DNA of 64,000 nt from an uncultured Dehalococcoidales bacterium (GTDB lineage: Bacteria; Chloroflexota; Dehalococcoidia; Dehalococcoidales; BS750m-G39), in assembly GCA_964396965.1 (NCBI GenBank), contig CAYNGD010000001.1, positions 67,596 through 131,595 on the forward strand, read 5' to 3'. Position numbers and translations under genes: made by a program. This document shows, piece by piece, positions 62,894 to 64,000 of this stretch (positions are counted from its first letter, which is position 1; the number at the start of each line of letters is the position of its first letter). The notes below the pieces were generated by a model. The model was not told the DNA's origin. It made no database searches and worked only from the letters and a program-made list of their open reading frames with translations.

Positions 62894-63310
62894 TTAGCCC
62901 TTCTGTCGTCCGAGCCAGATTAAAAAGACTGCCAAGGTAGTTAGTGCCAGTAAAGGTTTCCAAGGAGTTAATTGCTTTGGGGGATAAAGCGTTACGCTCA
63001 TTTGGGGCAGGCTCCCTTTTGATTCATAGGGAATGCTATAAGCATCCAATATTTGTGTCAGTTCCAATGTTGCATCCCGCCTATATGTATCGTCAAAATG
63101 CTCTAGGTAATCCCTTGATATTTCTATTTCACTTTCTAAACTTCCGTCACTAAAACCTCTGACGTGCATCTCCCAAACGTTATCGACCTTCTTGACCACT
63201 CCAAAAACCTGGTTTGGCTTCACTGTTTGGAGCATTGTCCCGCTAAAGCTCTCTTGTATTAGTACTTCTTTAACCATTTGAAGCCATTCCCTCGTCCCCA
63301 TCCATTCCAT
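62894..63310 (-). CDS. Hypothetical protein with a C-terminal TM helix
   Basis: 138-aa ORF in a low-GC segment. The C-terminal LLALTTLAVFLIWL is hydrophobic. Confidence 0.45.
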   Translation of the reverse strand: MEWMGTREWLQMVKEVLIQESFSGTMLQTVKPNQVFGVVKKVDNVWEMHVRGFSDGSLESEIEISRDYLEHFDDTYRRDATLELTQILDAYSIPYESKGSLPQMSVTLYPPKQLTPWKPLLALTTLAVFLIWLGRQKG

Positions 63311-63331
63311 CTTTGATTACCCACCTTAACT

Positions 63332-63664
63332 TTATTCTAATGCTCTACCAATCAAATAGGCTAGGGCAGCGATTCCGAGGGCCATCAGTGCCCCTTTGCC
63401 TAAATCAGCAAGTGCGGAGCCAGTATCAACGTTAACTTGCTCTAGCTGAAAGATAGGCTGTCCATAGCCACAATCTTCACATTTGCGGTAGCCTACTCTA
63501 ACTTTAGCGTCGATTCCTTGCATTGTGCCACCACAAAGGGGGCACTTTGTAGGGTTCAAGACTTTTGGAGGCAACGTCTTTACATGATTCGCGATTGCTT
63601 GTGCCCTTATTACCTGTACTGAATCATCAGCATAGTTCGGGACACGCATTACCTTATACTCCAT
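63332..63664 (-). CDS. Hypothetical zinc-ribbon protein with a C-terminal TM helix
   Basis: 110 aa. CPLCGG...CEDCGY, and a C-terminal GALMALGIAALAYLIG. It lies 21 nt upstream of the previous ORF. Confidence 0.5.
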   Translation of the reverse strand: MEYKVMRVPNYADDSVQVIRAQAIANHVKTLPPKVLNPTKCPLCGGTMQGIDAKVRVGYRKCEDCGYGQPIFQLEQVNVDTGSALADLGKGALMALGIAALAYLIGRALE

Positions 63665-64000
63665 GATACTTTACCCCTTCTGTAGATATTGCTACATTTC
63701 TACAATTCTACACTATTAGAGAAAAATGTCAAGCCCCCTTTGTCACAATGGAGGTATAACCTAAAAGTGTATGATAGTGAGGCTCCAATATTAAATTGGT
63801 GCAAAAGAGTACTTGCTGGGGACAACAAGACGAAAAATAAAAACAAACTGGCTAAATGTTACCACTGCGACTAACAGTAGTCTGAGTTGCAATGCTATAA
63901 TAACCCTTGAGAGACGGTGTTTGATAGTAATCTGTAGCCTAGCCAGCGGATATGGAGAGAGACTACTGTAATTGTTGTCAGCCCGTCAGTCTAGCATTAC

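Overview
This 64-kb window is high-GC bacterial DNA. Gene content and order look like Chloroflexota, possibly a Dehalococcoidia-type organism, but that is my inference and no database was searched.

Layout:
- 1-5.1 kb: the start of a PilB/GspE-like ATPase, a LuxR-type response regulator with a small HTH protein, a TIG/FN3 surface protein, tsaC and rpiB.
- 5.1-17.9 kb: a complete branched-chain amino-acid operon (ilvD-ilvB-ilvN-ilvC-leuA-leuC-[foreign gene]-leuD-leuB-cimA). It is preceded by a promoter, a 17-codon Leu/Val/Ile-rich leader ORF and an intrinsic terminator. A low-GC membrane-anchored nuclease-like gene sits between leuC and leuD.
- 17.9-26.6 kb: cysK-like, rtcB, an FAD oxidoreductase, archease, then a four-gene operon ending in a radical-SAM protein and an archaeal-type ThyA-like protein, and an HExxH lipoprotein.
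- 26.6-44.6 kb: one co-oriented block of giant secreted proteins. I read it as a cohesin-dockerin surface assembly: a membrane-anchored protein with three cohesin-like modules, a 1709-aa S8 subtilase plus C11 clostripain-like fusion carrying its own cohesin and dockerin, a dockerin-tailed Ig-like protein, two roughly 1040-aa beta-helix paralogs, a free-standing protease-propeptide paralog and a small RHH-like regulator.
- 44.9-50.4 kb: a lipoprotein gene and pstSCAB-phoU, flanked on both sides by arrays of 11-bp-phased TTAAC-type repeats (Pho-box-like).
- 52-64 kb: a lower-GC accessory region that starts at a truncated tRNA-Lys 5' half. It holds clusters of short repeats, two copies of a 330-480-bp non-coding repeat around an HTH/coiled-coil gene, a DEDDh exonuclease with an XRE regulator, an MBL hydrolase, a DUF72 gene, and a mini-ORF plus DnaE2-type polymerase behind a promoter with a GAAC-N4-GTTC SOS box.

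I found no CRISPR array, rRNA gene, intact tRNA, transposase or integrase. Most long ORFs in the track that lie antisense to these genes are high-GC artefacts. All product calls rest on motif recognition by eye and need HMM or BLAST confirmation.
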